A stretch of DNA of 64,000 nt, taken from the NCBI GenBank assembly GCA_977030845.1, contig OZ365109.1, positions 52,824,001 through 52,888,000 on the forward strand. The letters are read 5' to 3'. Shown here one piece after another: positions 31,801-40,300 of the stretch; position 1 is the first letter of the stretch; each line of letters starts with the position of its first letter. Under the pieces are notes generated by a model. It ran no database searches. It had not been told where the DNA came from and saw only the letters and a list, made by a program, of their open reading frames with translations. A program made the position numbers and the translations under genes. Source of the DNA: Fimbriosthenelais zetlandica. Lineage: Eukaryota.

Positions 31801-34383
31801 GGAAAAATGTTCATGGCGGGGGATCCTCTCTGGAGTTACCAGTGTGCTGTCCACTTACTGATCAGAAAAATGCCCGGAAATCTTTTCTTTTAAGTGAGGT
31901 TTTCCGGTCTGAAGAATGTGCCCAGGCAATGTTTGACAGGATCCCATATTATAGCGTTTATCAAAATGGTCTGGGCGTGAGGACAAACCACACGTCTCTC
32001 TGCCTGGGTTCCCCTTCTACCCACAAAAGGTCTCTAATTTGTCTTCTGCGGTAGTTGATTGGTGTCCTCTGAGCCTCTCAACAACCTCAAAGTGTCTAAG
32101 GTCAAGTGTGATTCATCTTACAAGGAACGCCTCATGCAATCTGAAGGTGATTTTCCCAGGCTACAATTTCATTCTTCTTTCAAAGGAAAAAAACATTATA
32201 CTTGAACAAATAATCATCTAAGCGAAGATCAATAGGCCTATTTTATCACTCCTTAAAGATAAAATTGCTGGATTGAAATCTTGTGAATTAGAAAAAGTGT
32301 TCGGAGAAAGCATGAACATTTTTACTATCAAAATCGAATGTGGCTGCCTATATAAATGGTCCCTCTGTTATGGAGCAACCCTCAAGTTCTGGATCAAATT
32401 ATATTTTTACAAGATCCGGGCACTCTCTAAATCCTTCTTATTTTGGTAAGAATATGATACTTCTGTAAAACCAAAACTAACAGGGAATGACTGTATGCCA
32501 AGAGAAATAATAACGCCTACATCAATTCATAAGCTTCTCTTTTGGTTCAAAAAAGAATTCGAATCACTCAATTCATTTCACAAGCGTTTCAGTGTGTGCA
32601 TCATCCTCTTTAGAATTCTAATAACATATCGAGAGAGTTAAATCCAATGGTGGATACTTTGTTAAAAAATAAAAAATGGGGGCATGGATACATTTCTGGG
32701 GGAAGTCTTCAACCTTTTGGTGTTTTTGACAATAAAAAAACAAAATTAATGGCTTTTTCCCCAATAATCAAGGCACGTCACTATTCCGGCTGTAAAAGTG
32801 TGCGTCTGCAGATCTGGCGCCATTAGACTCTGTTACCTAGACAACTGGTCAAGCTGTAGTTTTGAGGGCAGATCGCGGTTATCTGTGATCCCACAACAAC
32901 TTCCACCTTGCCCAATCTCCACCCTAACACCTCAGGCCAAAAGGCAGTAGTGGATCAAACAAGGTGAAGTAGGTCCAGCCAGGGGCATCTCCCTCCGCAC
33001 TGTATCTTAATACAACTAGTATAACGAGCGTGTGTCGATAGTATACACCCGACTTTAAACAAACTTCAAATATTTTGGTTTCGACTTTTGATCTTGGTTC
33101 GTGTGTGGTCCGGGCGTTGAGGATTGAGGTTGGAAGGTGGGATGGTGTAAATTATGTGACACGCTTTTTTCACCGATCTACCCTACTGGGGTTCATTCAA
33201 TTTTCACAGTAATCCCCCCATAAGCTTGAGAACTGAGCGGTAAATCAGTGTTTTTGGCCAGCCCAAAATGAATAACTAATTTTTCTCATTTTATACTGGC
33301 AAAACAGTAAGGGGGATGAGTACAAATGAATGTAATCACTAGTAAAATTAAATGGACATAGAAATGCTATAAGCATTAATCATGACTTCTTTTTTCAGTT
33401 ATTTTTTTTAATTAAAGTAATTTTATACACCTGTGACCAAATGTACAATTGAAGGTATGAATAATTCAGGGCTCCAGCTACCGTTCGCATTTGTCGCCAA
33501 TCAAGAATAGAATTACTGGTTTGGCGACTATGGCCTTGCAGTTGCCTACAAACGTTGAGGTAAAAGTTATATTATGTAATGTATGTGCGACAATTTGTAA
33601 CCAGTTTACAAAATACAATGTATGCTTAAACATAATTTTACAGAGGTAGCCTATAATGTGTGTATTGAGAAGCCTAAAAGTGAAGCTGAATAACCGTCCT
33701 GTGCCTCGAAGCCACCACCATGGAGCTACGCGGGTTCGAGGCACAGAACGGGTCTTAGCTTTTACACGCGCACCAGACGCTCGGCTGTGTCAATAGAAGA
33801 AGGTGTGTGGGTAGTAGCTTGGTTGGAAATTACAACTACAAGCCAAGCCAACCATTCCCCCCGATTTCTCAACCCTACCAACACTGTCTCCTCTAATCCT
33901 AACACCCCCTCCTCTCCCCAGCCCACAGGTCACAATCACTGGTGAAGGGTTAAATCACAGGGGTCAAAATGTAGAGTAAAAGTGGCTACTAATCCACCAG
34001 CAATAGCCAACCAATTATAGTCAACTGAAACAACCAAACAGTGGGACGATCTTGGGACAAATTAATATTATCCGTATTTACCTGTAAGACTGGGCTGTTC
34101 TCAAAATCATAACTGCTGGGCCGTCCCTCTAGCGTACTAAAAGCAACAGATCCCTCGGTAAGTGGAGATATATCCGAGAACTCGTCCGTACAGATAGCTT
34201 TCGTCTCATCATCGGATGTGATCACTTCTCTCGTCGCTCGGTCGTACGTGAGGTGACAGCTGGCACTGTAGTATTGGTATGGGATCCATGGACCGTCTAC
34301 TCGGGTTCTTTTATAAATGGCAAAACTCTCAGGTCGACTGCTGCGGAACTTCAATCGGATGTAAGTGATCTCAAATGCTTTAC
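4698..34383 (-). CDS. LAMC1: Laminin subunit gamma-1 type gene, 5'-partial: 26 coding exons, about 1492 aa (LN, LE, L4, LE, coiled coil). First exon(s) not found in window
   Basis: Hand-assembled exon chain with consistent phases, total 4478 nt = 2 + 1492 codons including stop. Diagnostic motifs: [57 protein letters not shown]-terminal CFNRIKLEP. The exon start matches the LG|K junction of vertebrate LAMC1 exon 2 as I recall it. Confidence 0.97.
5099..5214 (-). CDS. LAMC1: Laminin gamma exon y (coiled coil)
   Basis: tacacag|AT AAT...ATA CAA|gtaagt; [39 protein letters not shown]; 116 nt. Not in the ORF track but required for phase continuity. Confidence 0.92.
5473..5572 (-). CDS. LAMC1: Laminin gamma exon x (coiled coil)
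   Basis: ttttcag|GCG CTA...CTA G|gtacgt; [33 protein letters not shown]; 100 nt. Confidence 0.92.
5881..6039 (-). CDS. LAMC1: Laminin gamma exon w (coiled coil)
   Basis: ttttcag|GAG GCT...AAA GAT|gttagt; [53 protein letters not shown]; 159 nt. Confidence 0.93.
6204..6493. mobile_element. hAT-like MITE with truncated right terminus, in intron v/w
   Basis: Left end CAGGGTTCCCGCGG. Four AATTTAAGACTTTTT subterminal repeats (about 6232, 6380, 6422, 6460). Right end retains only CCGCG. TTGTC on both flanks (6199-6203, 6494-6498) is a possible TSD remnant. Confidence 0.6.
6552..6989 (-). CDS. LAMC1: Laminin gamma exon v (coiled coil)
   Basis: attcag|TCC CAG...TCA ACT|gtaagt; [51 protein letters not shown]...ETASQAST; 438 nt. 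Confidence 0.94.
7275..7452 (-). CDS. LAMC1: Laminin gamma exon u (coiled coil)
   Basis: tctgcag|T GTG...GAC GAG|gtaagg; [60 protein letters not shown]; 178 nt. Confidence 0.93.
7705..7842 (-). CDS. LAMC1: Laminin gamma exon t (coiled coil)
   Basis: tttcag|A CAA...AGA GA|gtaagt; [46 protein letters not shown]; 138 nt. Confidence 0.93.
7958..8413. repeat. AT-rich minisatellite, ~17-19-bp related units, about 24 copies, filling most of intron s/t
   Basis: Alternating ATATATGATTTAATCAG(AT/CT) and ATATATAATTTAATCTT variants. Confidence 0.95.
8446..8611 (-). CDS. LAMC1: Laminin gamma exon s (coiled coil)
   Basis: tactcag|AA CGG...GAG AG|gtagat; [55 protein letters not shown]; 166 nt. Confidence 0.93.
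8855..8998 (-). CDS. LAMC1: Laminin gamma exon r (coiled coil)
   Basis: tttccag|GA GCT...GCA G|gtacaa; [48 protein letters not shown]; 144 nt. Confidence 0.9.
9224..9415 (-). CDS. LAMC1: Laminin gamma exon q (CPACY, start of coiled coil)
   Basis: ttttcag|AC TGC...GTG G|gtgagt; [64 protein letters not shown]; 192 nt. Confidence 0.95.
9734..9874 (-). CDS. LAMC1: Laminin gamma exon p (LE)
   Basis: tttgcag|CC TGT...ATA G|gtaagc; [47 protein letters not shown]; 141 nt. Confidence 0.95.
10205..10357 (-). CDS. LAMC1: Laminin gamma exon o (LE)
   Basis: tctgcag|GA TGT...CAA G|gtaaaa; [51 protein letters not shown]; 153 nt. Confidence 0.95.
11872..12027 (-). CDS. LAMC1: Laminin gamma exon n (LE)
   Basis: tttcag|CC TGT...AAT G|gtaaaa; [52 protein letters not shown]; 156 nt. 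Confidence 0.95.
12187..12299 (-). CDS. LAMC1: Laminin gamma exon m (LE)
   Basis: ttatcag|A ACT...CAA G|gtgagt; [38 protein letters not shown]; 113 nt. Confidence 0.96.
12391..12520 (-). CDS. LAMC1: Laminin gamma exon l (LE; nidogen-binding loop NIDPNAV)
   Basis: cttgtag|GT AAC...AAC TC|gtaagt; [43 protein letters not shown]; 130 nt. Confidence 0.97.
12692..12877 (-). CDS. LAMC1: Laminin gamma exon k (LE)
   Basis: ttttag|GT CGC...ACA G|gtgggt; [62 protein letters not shown]; 186 nt. Confidence 0.96.
13256..13480 (-). CDS. LAMC1: Laminin gamma exon j (end of L4, LE)
   Basis: cttccag|GA TCA...TCT G|gtaagt; [75 protein letters not shown]; 225 nt. Confidence 0.96.
13994..14296 (-). CDS. LAMC1: Laminin gamma exon i (L4 domain)
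   Basis: tttcag|GT CGT TTC...GGA G|gtctgt (weak donor); [19 protein letters not shown]...[18 protein letters not shown]; 303 nt. Confidence 0.92.
14530..14652 (-). CDS. LAMC1: Laminin gamma exon h (L4 domain)
   Basis: ttaaccag|CG AGA...CCA A|gtaagg; [41 protein letters not shown]; 123 nt. Confidence 0.93.
14868..15004 (-). CDS. LAMC1: Laminin gamma exon g (LE into L4)
   Basis: ttcacag|A TGT AAA...TCA G|gtaaac; [46 protein letters not shown]; 137 nt. Confidence 0.95.
15120..15227 (-). CDS. LAMC1: Laminin gamma exon f (LE)
   Basis: tttcag|A CCC TGT...GAA TC|gtgagt; [36 protein letters not shown]; 108 nt. Confidence 0.95.
15408..15525 (-). CDS. LAMC1: Laminin gamma exon e (LE)
   Basis: ttctag|GC TCC...TGC AG|gtaatc; [39 protein letters not shown]; 118 nt. 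Confidence 0.95.
15651..15997. repeat. Purine-rich degenerate minisatellite, ~56-57-bp period, 6-7 copies
   Basis: TAG(C/A)TGTAGA anchors at 15651, 15708, 15764, 15821, 15877, 15933 and a degenerate one at 15983. Confidence 0.9.
16052..16240 (-). CDS. LAMC1: Laminin gamma exon d (LE)
   Basis: ttttcag|CG TGT...ACA G|gtgagc; [63 protein letters not shown]; 189 nt. Confidence 0.96.
17990..18026. repeat. Perfect 17-bp inverted repeat with 3-nt loop
   Basis: AACCAACGAGAGTAAAA-TAA-TTTTACTCTCGTTGGTT; homologous copy at 20798-20837. Confidence 0.9.
20348..20409. repeat. Compound microsatellite (TTG)6, poly-T, G18
   Basis: Read directly from sequence. Confidence 0.9.
21438..22078. promoter_or_regulatory. 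AP-1 site cluster (four TGASTCA), candidate intronic enhancer
   Basis: TGACTCA 21438; TGAGTCA 21582, 21900, 22072. Confidence 0.4.
22619..22694. repeat. ~39-bp tandem duplication
   Basis: CCAACGAACCGACCAAGT(A)TGTAATTTATTGGATTCT twice. Confidence 0.9.
23667..23845 (-). CDS. LAMC1: Laminin gamma exon c (LE)
   Basis: ttttcag|G TGT AAA TGT...CAA C|gtaagt; [59 protein letters not shown]; 179 nt. Confidence 0.96.
26797..26927 (-). CDS. LAMC1: Laminin gamma exon b (end of LN domain)
   Basis: ttttcag|GAA TGG...GGC AA|gtaagt; [43 protein letters not shown]; 131 nt. Confidence 0.96.
28159..28216. repeat. Perfect 29-bp tandem duplication
   Basis: GTTTATATTTTTTAATCAGAAAAAAATCA twice. Confidence 0.95.
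29726..29845. mobile_element. ~120-bp MITE with imperfect TIRs flanked by TTAA (Kolobok/piggyBac-type target)
   Basis: TTAA|GCCAGGACTCCACTGCTGTGA ... TCGCAATAGTGGAGTACTGGTT|TTAA; the two ends align as inverted repeats sharing CCAG.ACTCCACT. Confidence 0.55.
33467..33591. mobile_element. Possible MITE left-end fragment
   Basis: CAGGGCTCCAG start typical of hAT-type termini. GTCGCCAA/TTGGCGAC inverted pair at 33493-33528. No right TIR found. Confidence 0.3.
34082..34383 (-). CDS. LAMC1: Laminin gamma exon a (LN domain)
   Basis: ttcttacag|GT AAA GCA...TTA CAG|gtaaat; [27 protein letters not shown]...[32 protein letters not shown]; 302 nt, phase 1 to 0. Confidence 0.96.
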
Positions 34384-37300
34384 CTGTAAGAAAATGAAAG
34401 GGGAGATCATGAAATCACACTATCAACTTGAGATAGTTATTTTTCAAAGTATACAAATACATTGGTATGATCAATTTTTTTGTACACAGTAACAATATAA
34501 TTGCTACCTATTATTTATCTGAAATTAGTCAAATCTTAAGGAAATTTCCTTGGAGCTTCATCAGACTGCATAAAAAATAATCGTCCCGTAGCTACCAGAA
34601 TTTGAGAAACTAATATTTAGGAACACCTTATATTAATGAAACCAGAACCCTAAATGTGGAAAGGATCTACAGGTATAAATAAAACACCATCGCAGGCTGA
34701 GTGAAGGTTTACAGGGTACGATGAATACCTTCCTTCATCATCACGCTTGTGTATGTTACACTGGCCTCATAACACACAGAGTACGTGTAAACCAAAAAAC
34801 AGCCTCAGCTAAGACAAATAAATGACAACCTCCACTACCATAACAAAGATAGCAGATGGAAGCTGTGATATCAACGCCATGTTGATTCTCTCAATTCACT
34901 GACTTAGTCAATTAAGACACAGGCCGAGTCCCTCAGTGTACAAGGTGCATTAATGATTTGATACCTGTATATCATTGGTAACTTGGTTAATTTACTGACT
35001 GAAGTTTTCAGCCTGAAAATAGATTTAGACTACTTCTTTTAAATGGGACTGCTCATGGGTTTCAATTTATTTATCATCTAGGTCCTGCTGAAGTTGAATT
35101 GGGAAGAGAAACTAGTTTCAAGGTTTAAACCTTCAGAAAACAAATCTCAAAACATCACCCTAAAACCCCTCTCTCATCTACTTCACTGGGGTTATCAAGT
35201 TACTGATAATTTCTTCTCATTCCCTGAAGAACAAGTAGCTGGTGGTGGGTAGAGTGGAGTGGTTGAGATAGTGTGAGTGGGGAACAGGACAACGGGCTCA
35301 CTAAAACATGACAATCAACTTGTGGCTGGTCGCTCTAAAGAATGCCACGGTTTCCCCAATATGTCTCAGGAGTAAGAGAACCAGATTCTAACCTGAAACT
35401 GAATGTATGGAGGTACACATGGCCAAGGAAAGGATTCATTTAGATTAAATCTCTAAAGTATATCATTCAGAAGAATGAAGAAATAATACATTTACCACAA
35501 GTGTGTTTTAAACAGATAGTATAACCTCACAATTTCAAACAAATTTTGTGGGGAAAAATCAATCAACCTCTAGGAATAAGCAATCGGTGCACATATTAGT
35601 TAGTACCCTTTGTCCATGTCCATTGTTTATTCCCTTAAATTAATGATACATTAAGAGCAACAAACAAAGTATTGGACTGGGTACACTTGCCAGAACCAAC
35701 CTTCATCATGACCATCACTGGCCACTATAACTCTTATACACCTGATCAAGTCTCGTCCAAATATTAAACGAGTCATCATGAACTTAACTTCATGTTTTAT
35801 CAGGAATCAGTATTGATAAATAGCAAATACATACATGTATTAACTTGTGTGAAAAGTATTATTTTGTTTCCTATTTGAGATGCTGATAAAGGGTAAATAG
35901 AGATGTGGGAAATAGTTGTGAGGGTCAAAACGTGACCAGCTCCGCCTCACGTTTACCCATTAAAACAAACAAAAGGCCCAGTAAACACATGATCACATCC
36001 ACATAAAATCAGGAATTCACTTGGCCGCAAACTCTAAAACGTATCCTACCCAACAAAGTGCTCATAAAAGCCCTCTTTTTATGTCGTTTTAATGGGGGTC
36101 CCACAATCAGGGTGGGCCCAATATTGGCGCCTTGCACCATGACCCTTTATGCCCCAAAATGATCAAAGCAGTACCTTCTCAGAAGAGAATATGACACTCA
36201 GTCTTCAGATTCTTTTAAAGCCTGACCCCAATAGATTTTCCCCAAAGTTGAGGTCATGCTAAAATTGGTTTTGCGATAAGATAATGAAACTAATATACAG
36301 ACGAGTAATATTGTTAGCAAAACATCTTTTAAGAGAAAGTTTCTCAATAAGTCCATTGTTGGTTATATACTCAGTAAATGCCTTGAGGCATCAAACCTCG
36401 GGGAGGGGTGTGCTGGGGGCAAAGGTTGACTAATGTTTTTTTGGACTAACTTCCCCATAAAATTCACAGGTTTCAAGTAGTATACATGCCATAAAGACAT
36501 CTACTGTCATGCTTCCGCTGTTTCTTTTTCGGGGTGTAGGTTTTAGGTAAGCAGTCAGGGACAAAGTCCACGGATCCTGATCTTTTTTGGCTACAATAGA
36601 GGTTTCTACATATATGCATGACATGAGTCACAATCTGACCTACTGGCTATAGTAAGTGCGGAATTAACTGAGAACTGTAATTCTACGCAATCCAGGTGTA
36701 TACATGCTTAGTTTTCCACAAAACAAATATATTTTTTTATAAGTATGAAACGTATATCGATCCTACACTAAATTATAACTGTGATAAATCATGAGATAGC
36801 AGTCCAATCCTTTCTCTGTCGATCTGCTGCTGTTTTGAGGAAATTAAATGAGATTCCTAAATCTATGCCACATTGTCAGTTATTAGGGGATAACTGCTAA
36901 AGCTTAAGACTGGATAAGCTTGAGCTGGTTAAGCTCAGATAGATACAATAACCCTGTCAACTCTTATCATCTATTAGCACATCATGTGGTTTGACCTTTT
37001 ATCATGAAAACAGTTTATATTATCTATCCATGCTTGTATACATACCACGTTAGATAAGCCACCATGTATCCCATTAAGCCTATAGTCCGTTTCCTATTAA
37101 TTATCTCAATTGATAGACAAGGCTCTTGAAGATAGTACAAAACATTGATGTGGCTTCACTGTATCTTCTTTCCATGTTTCATTGGATTATATGATTGCTT
37201 TCATCTCGCTAATTATCGTGTACTTGTTGCATCATCAGATTTAATTAGATGAATAGCAATTAATTATTTCTAATTTCAATCGAGAATTTACCTAGAATAC

Positions 37301-40300
37301 ATGATGTTTTAACTAATGATAAAACGCTGTGGAATATTTTAGACAAGAGCTTGGAACCTAATCCCAAAAGCCCACAGTTCTTTCAGTCCATGGCATGAAC
37401 CTCCATAGATCAGGTTGCCACGACCTCGTCAGATTTTTAAAGATCAGGTACAGTTTAATGACCTCCAAAAGAACCGCTATTGTGACCCTGGTTCCAACTT
37501 TGACCTTGGCCTATGACCTTGGCAACTACAAACAGTGTCCTCAAAATGAACATGTGTACATATCAATGAACAAGAATGACCAGTTCATTTTTTGACCCAT
37601 GTTAATTTTTTAAGGATTAGTGACTTTCTGACTCATTTCTCAACAGTTTCAACAGAGAAAATTGAAGAATGGCAAAAGATGCATATATCTGCCTAGAATC
37701 AATACAAATATACATTTTATTTCTTCAAACTTTCTTCAGAAGTAAAATTAATTTTCATGTCGCAGGCAGTTGTAACAGAGAACAGAGAAAACAGCATACA
37801 TTTACTTAAAAATGTTGAGATAAGGGAAGGGAATCTACATATTGGCAGGGTTATGGAGGGGCAAAATAGATGGATACACAGAGAAGGGCCGAGTAAAATG
37901 ACACAGGTTGAAAGTTACGGGGTGAGGAGAATGCCATGTAGACCGTCAGTCAGCTATCAATGCCTCGGGGGGTGGGGGCTGGATATTGGACATGGGGGTG
38001 GACGGGGACAGCAGGGGGGTGAGGGTCAGTATCATCGGGTACAGGGAAGGTGCACAGTATGACTTGTCACCTTGTCAGTCAGCTTGTCAGCATCGGTTTC
38101 ACTGGTCAGTTTGATCCTGATACCTTCCAGGCACTGGTCATCTGAGGCATCATTCACTGACGGATACCATAAAGCCTCACTTATATCCCAGATCCACTAC
38201 AGGTTATCACCACCCAGAGATTCTAGTCTTTCAACTCAAACTAAGATTTTCCCAAACCCACAATGTATTTTTGAAACTTTTCATGAAATAGTGTAAAAAC
38301 ATGCATATCACTTCAAACGTTGAGCACTTCCCTGATCACCTTTGAGGCCTCTTGTCAAAACTTTTCAGGTTCTGACCCATTTATCCCAGTACTGCCACTA
38401 GACAATTCTGTACACGTTATCATATTTCCAATAACATTTTAGGAACAAAGATTTATTCTTGGCAAAACCACAGCAGATGAGGCAAAAAATGGCCAGATAT
38501 CAGCAAGTAGGTCGATGGGTCAAGGCTTTACAATGTTCACCACATAGGGTGGTATACAGGGGGCGGGGCGGGAGTTGGTATTCCATACATCAGCTAAGAC
38601 GTTTCACATTACAACCAATATTCTAAACATCACAAGAATTAGAAATAGGAACATGTGCTAGCATGATTCCCTCTGACTTGTATGTGCATACATGTATGTA
38701 GAATCTAGCATGATAATGTTAGCAAAAAAAATACCCATTACAGCAGCTGGTACATTACCGAAAAGATGAAATGAACTAAGATGATTATGACAAAAGTGCA
38801 ATAATTTTTAAAAAATGAAAAAATCCTTACTACATTTGTGGTAAAGTTACTGTACATAACTTGGTAACTGTGGAGCAGGAGGTGCTCGTCAGTGAGAGAC
38901 ATTCAATGTCATCTTCAATAGCTTTCAGCAGATCCATATATCTCCATTGTCAGTGACCCTCTCCAACCTCTTCCCTGCTACCTCCGCTATACCTCCCCTT
39001 CCACCACGCCTTCTGTGTGGCACCATCCCCACCCAGCCTCCCAGTCAGACAATATACTCTCATAGCATGCTTCTTCATCCGACTAATCATTCTTTTTTGG
39101 TCTCTTTACCTTCCATTTTCTTCCATTTAGTCAAGACAACATACATGTACTCTTTTACTTGAACTAGTACCGAAAGGCCTTCAGAACCTATGTCAAGTGG
39201 TGCATTTCTAATGGTTAGGTAAAATAATTAAGTACTTCTAAAAATCCACTTATGATTATAAGAAAGTTGATGTTTTTGGGAACTTACTTCATAAGTTAAA
39301 TTAATCTAAGATAATAATAAGGACATTTCACAGTACACGTTTCAACTCCAAGTCCAGAGTAGGTCAAAAAGATTTGGGGAATATAAGTGACAGGGACACT
39401 AACCCCAAATATTTCACCCCGAAGTAGCCCCGGGATTCAAATAGCCTATCACATTACAAGGTTAAACATGATAACCCCGGACACAGCCAACACAGCTCTA
39501 TAGAGCCCCACATTCCTCACAACCCCTGGAAACACACCCCATTCATATCTGTCCATCCCAAAATATTTGGGGACCAAAACCTCCATTTTTTCCTTTGGGA
39601 CACAAGGTCAGAACTTTTCACCCTGGGTCCAGCTTTTTGACGCAGACATGTGACTCCCCCATCCCCCCCCCCCCCCCCCCCACCCAGGTTTTCACAGGTC
39701 TACCCTAACCGAACATAGTGAATCTGACCAGGGCCCTATCATCCCGGGCCTATCATACCTTCCTCTCCTTCTCTCTGTCAGTGTCAGTGTTTTCCTATAT
39801 GCCCTCTCTGTCCTTTTCTCTGTCAGTAATGTTTACCCAGCCTTCTGGCTGTTTGAGTCTGGTTCTATCTGACTGTAGTGTCAAGGTGTGTCTTACAGTA
39901 GGCTGGAGTGATGGTTGTACTGGGCAGTGTTTGATGTGGACAGGTGAGCTGGTCTAGGGCCATCTCTCCACTTAGACAGGCCTCCACTACTGACCCACCT
40001 ATACACCTCACCCACTACTATCACAATGTTTACCCCTCTACTCACGCTTTGTTGGATGTTGCATACATCAGTAGTGCACAACCCTCAACCCTGGATTTGG
40101 GTTACAATATCAGTAAAACTTTAAAGCTGGACTTAATTCTCAGCATATTCACCCAAGGTTTGCTGGTGTCTGATATTACCAAATTTGATCAGGGATGCCA
40201 AGGGCTTTTGGTTACAACACTTCAGTTTCAAAGAAATCCGATTGAACATTTTTTCATTCATATATTTTATATCCAATCTTCTTGGGATCACAGCAGGATG

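Noticed and set aside
32831-37300. Other AG|GT juxtapositions (32836/32837 TAG|GTAACA; 37291/37292 TAG|GTAAAT) as recursive sites
   Set aside because: Poor pyrimidine tracts and donors lacking +5 G.
38070-38195. Protein-like minus-strand stretch (WDISEALWYPSVNDASDDQCLEGIRIKLTSETDADK) as the missing laminin exon
   Set aside because: No similarity to the LN N-terminus and a weak acceptor.
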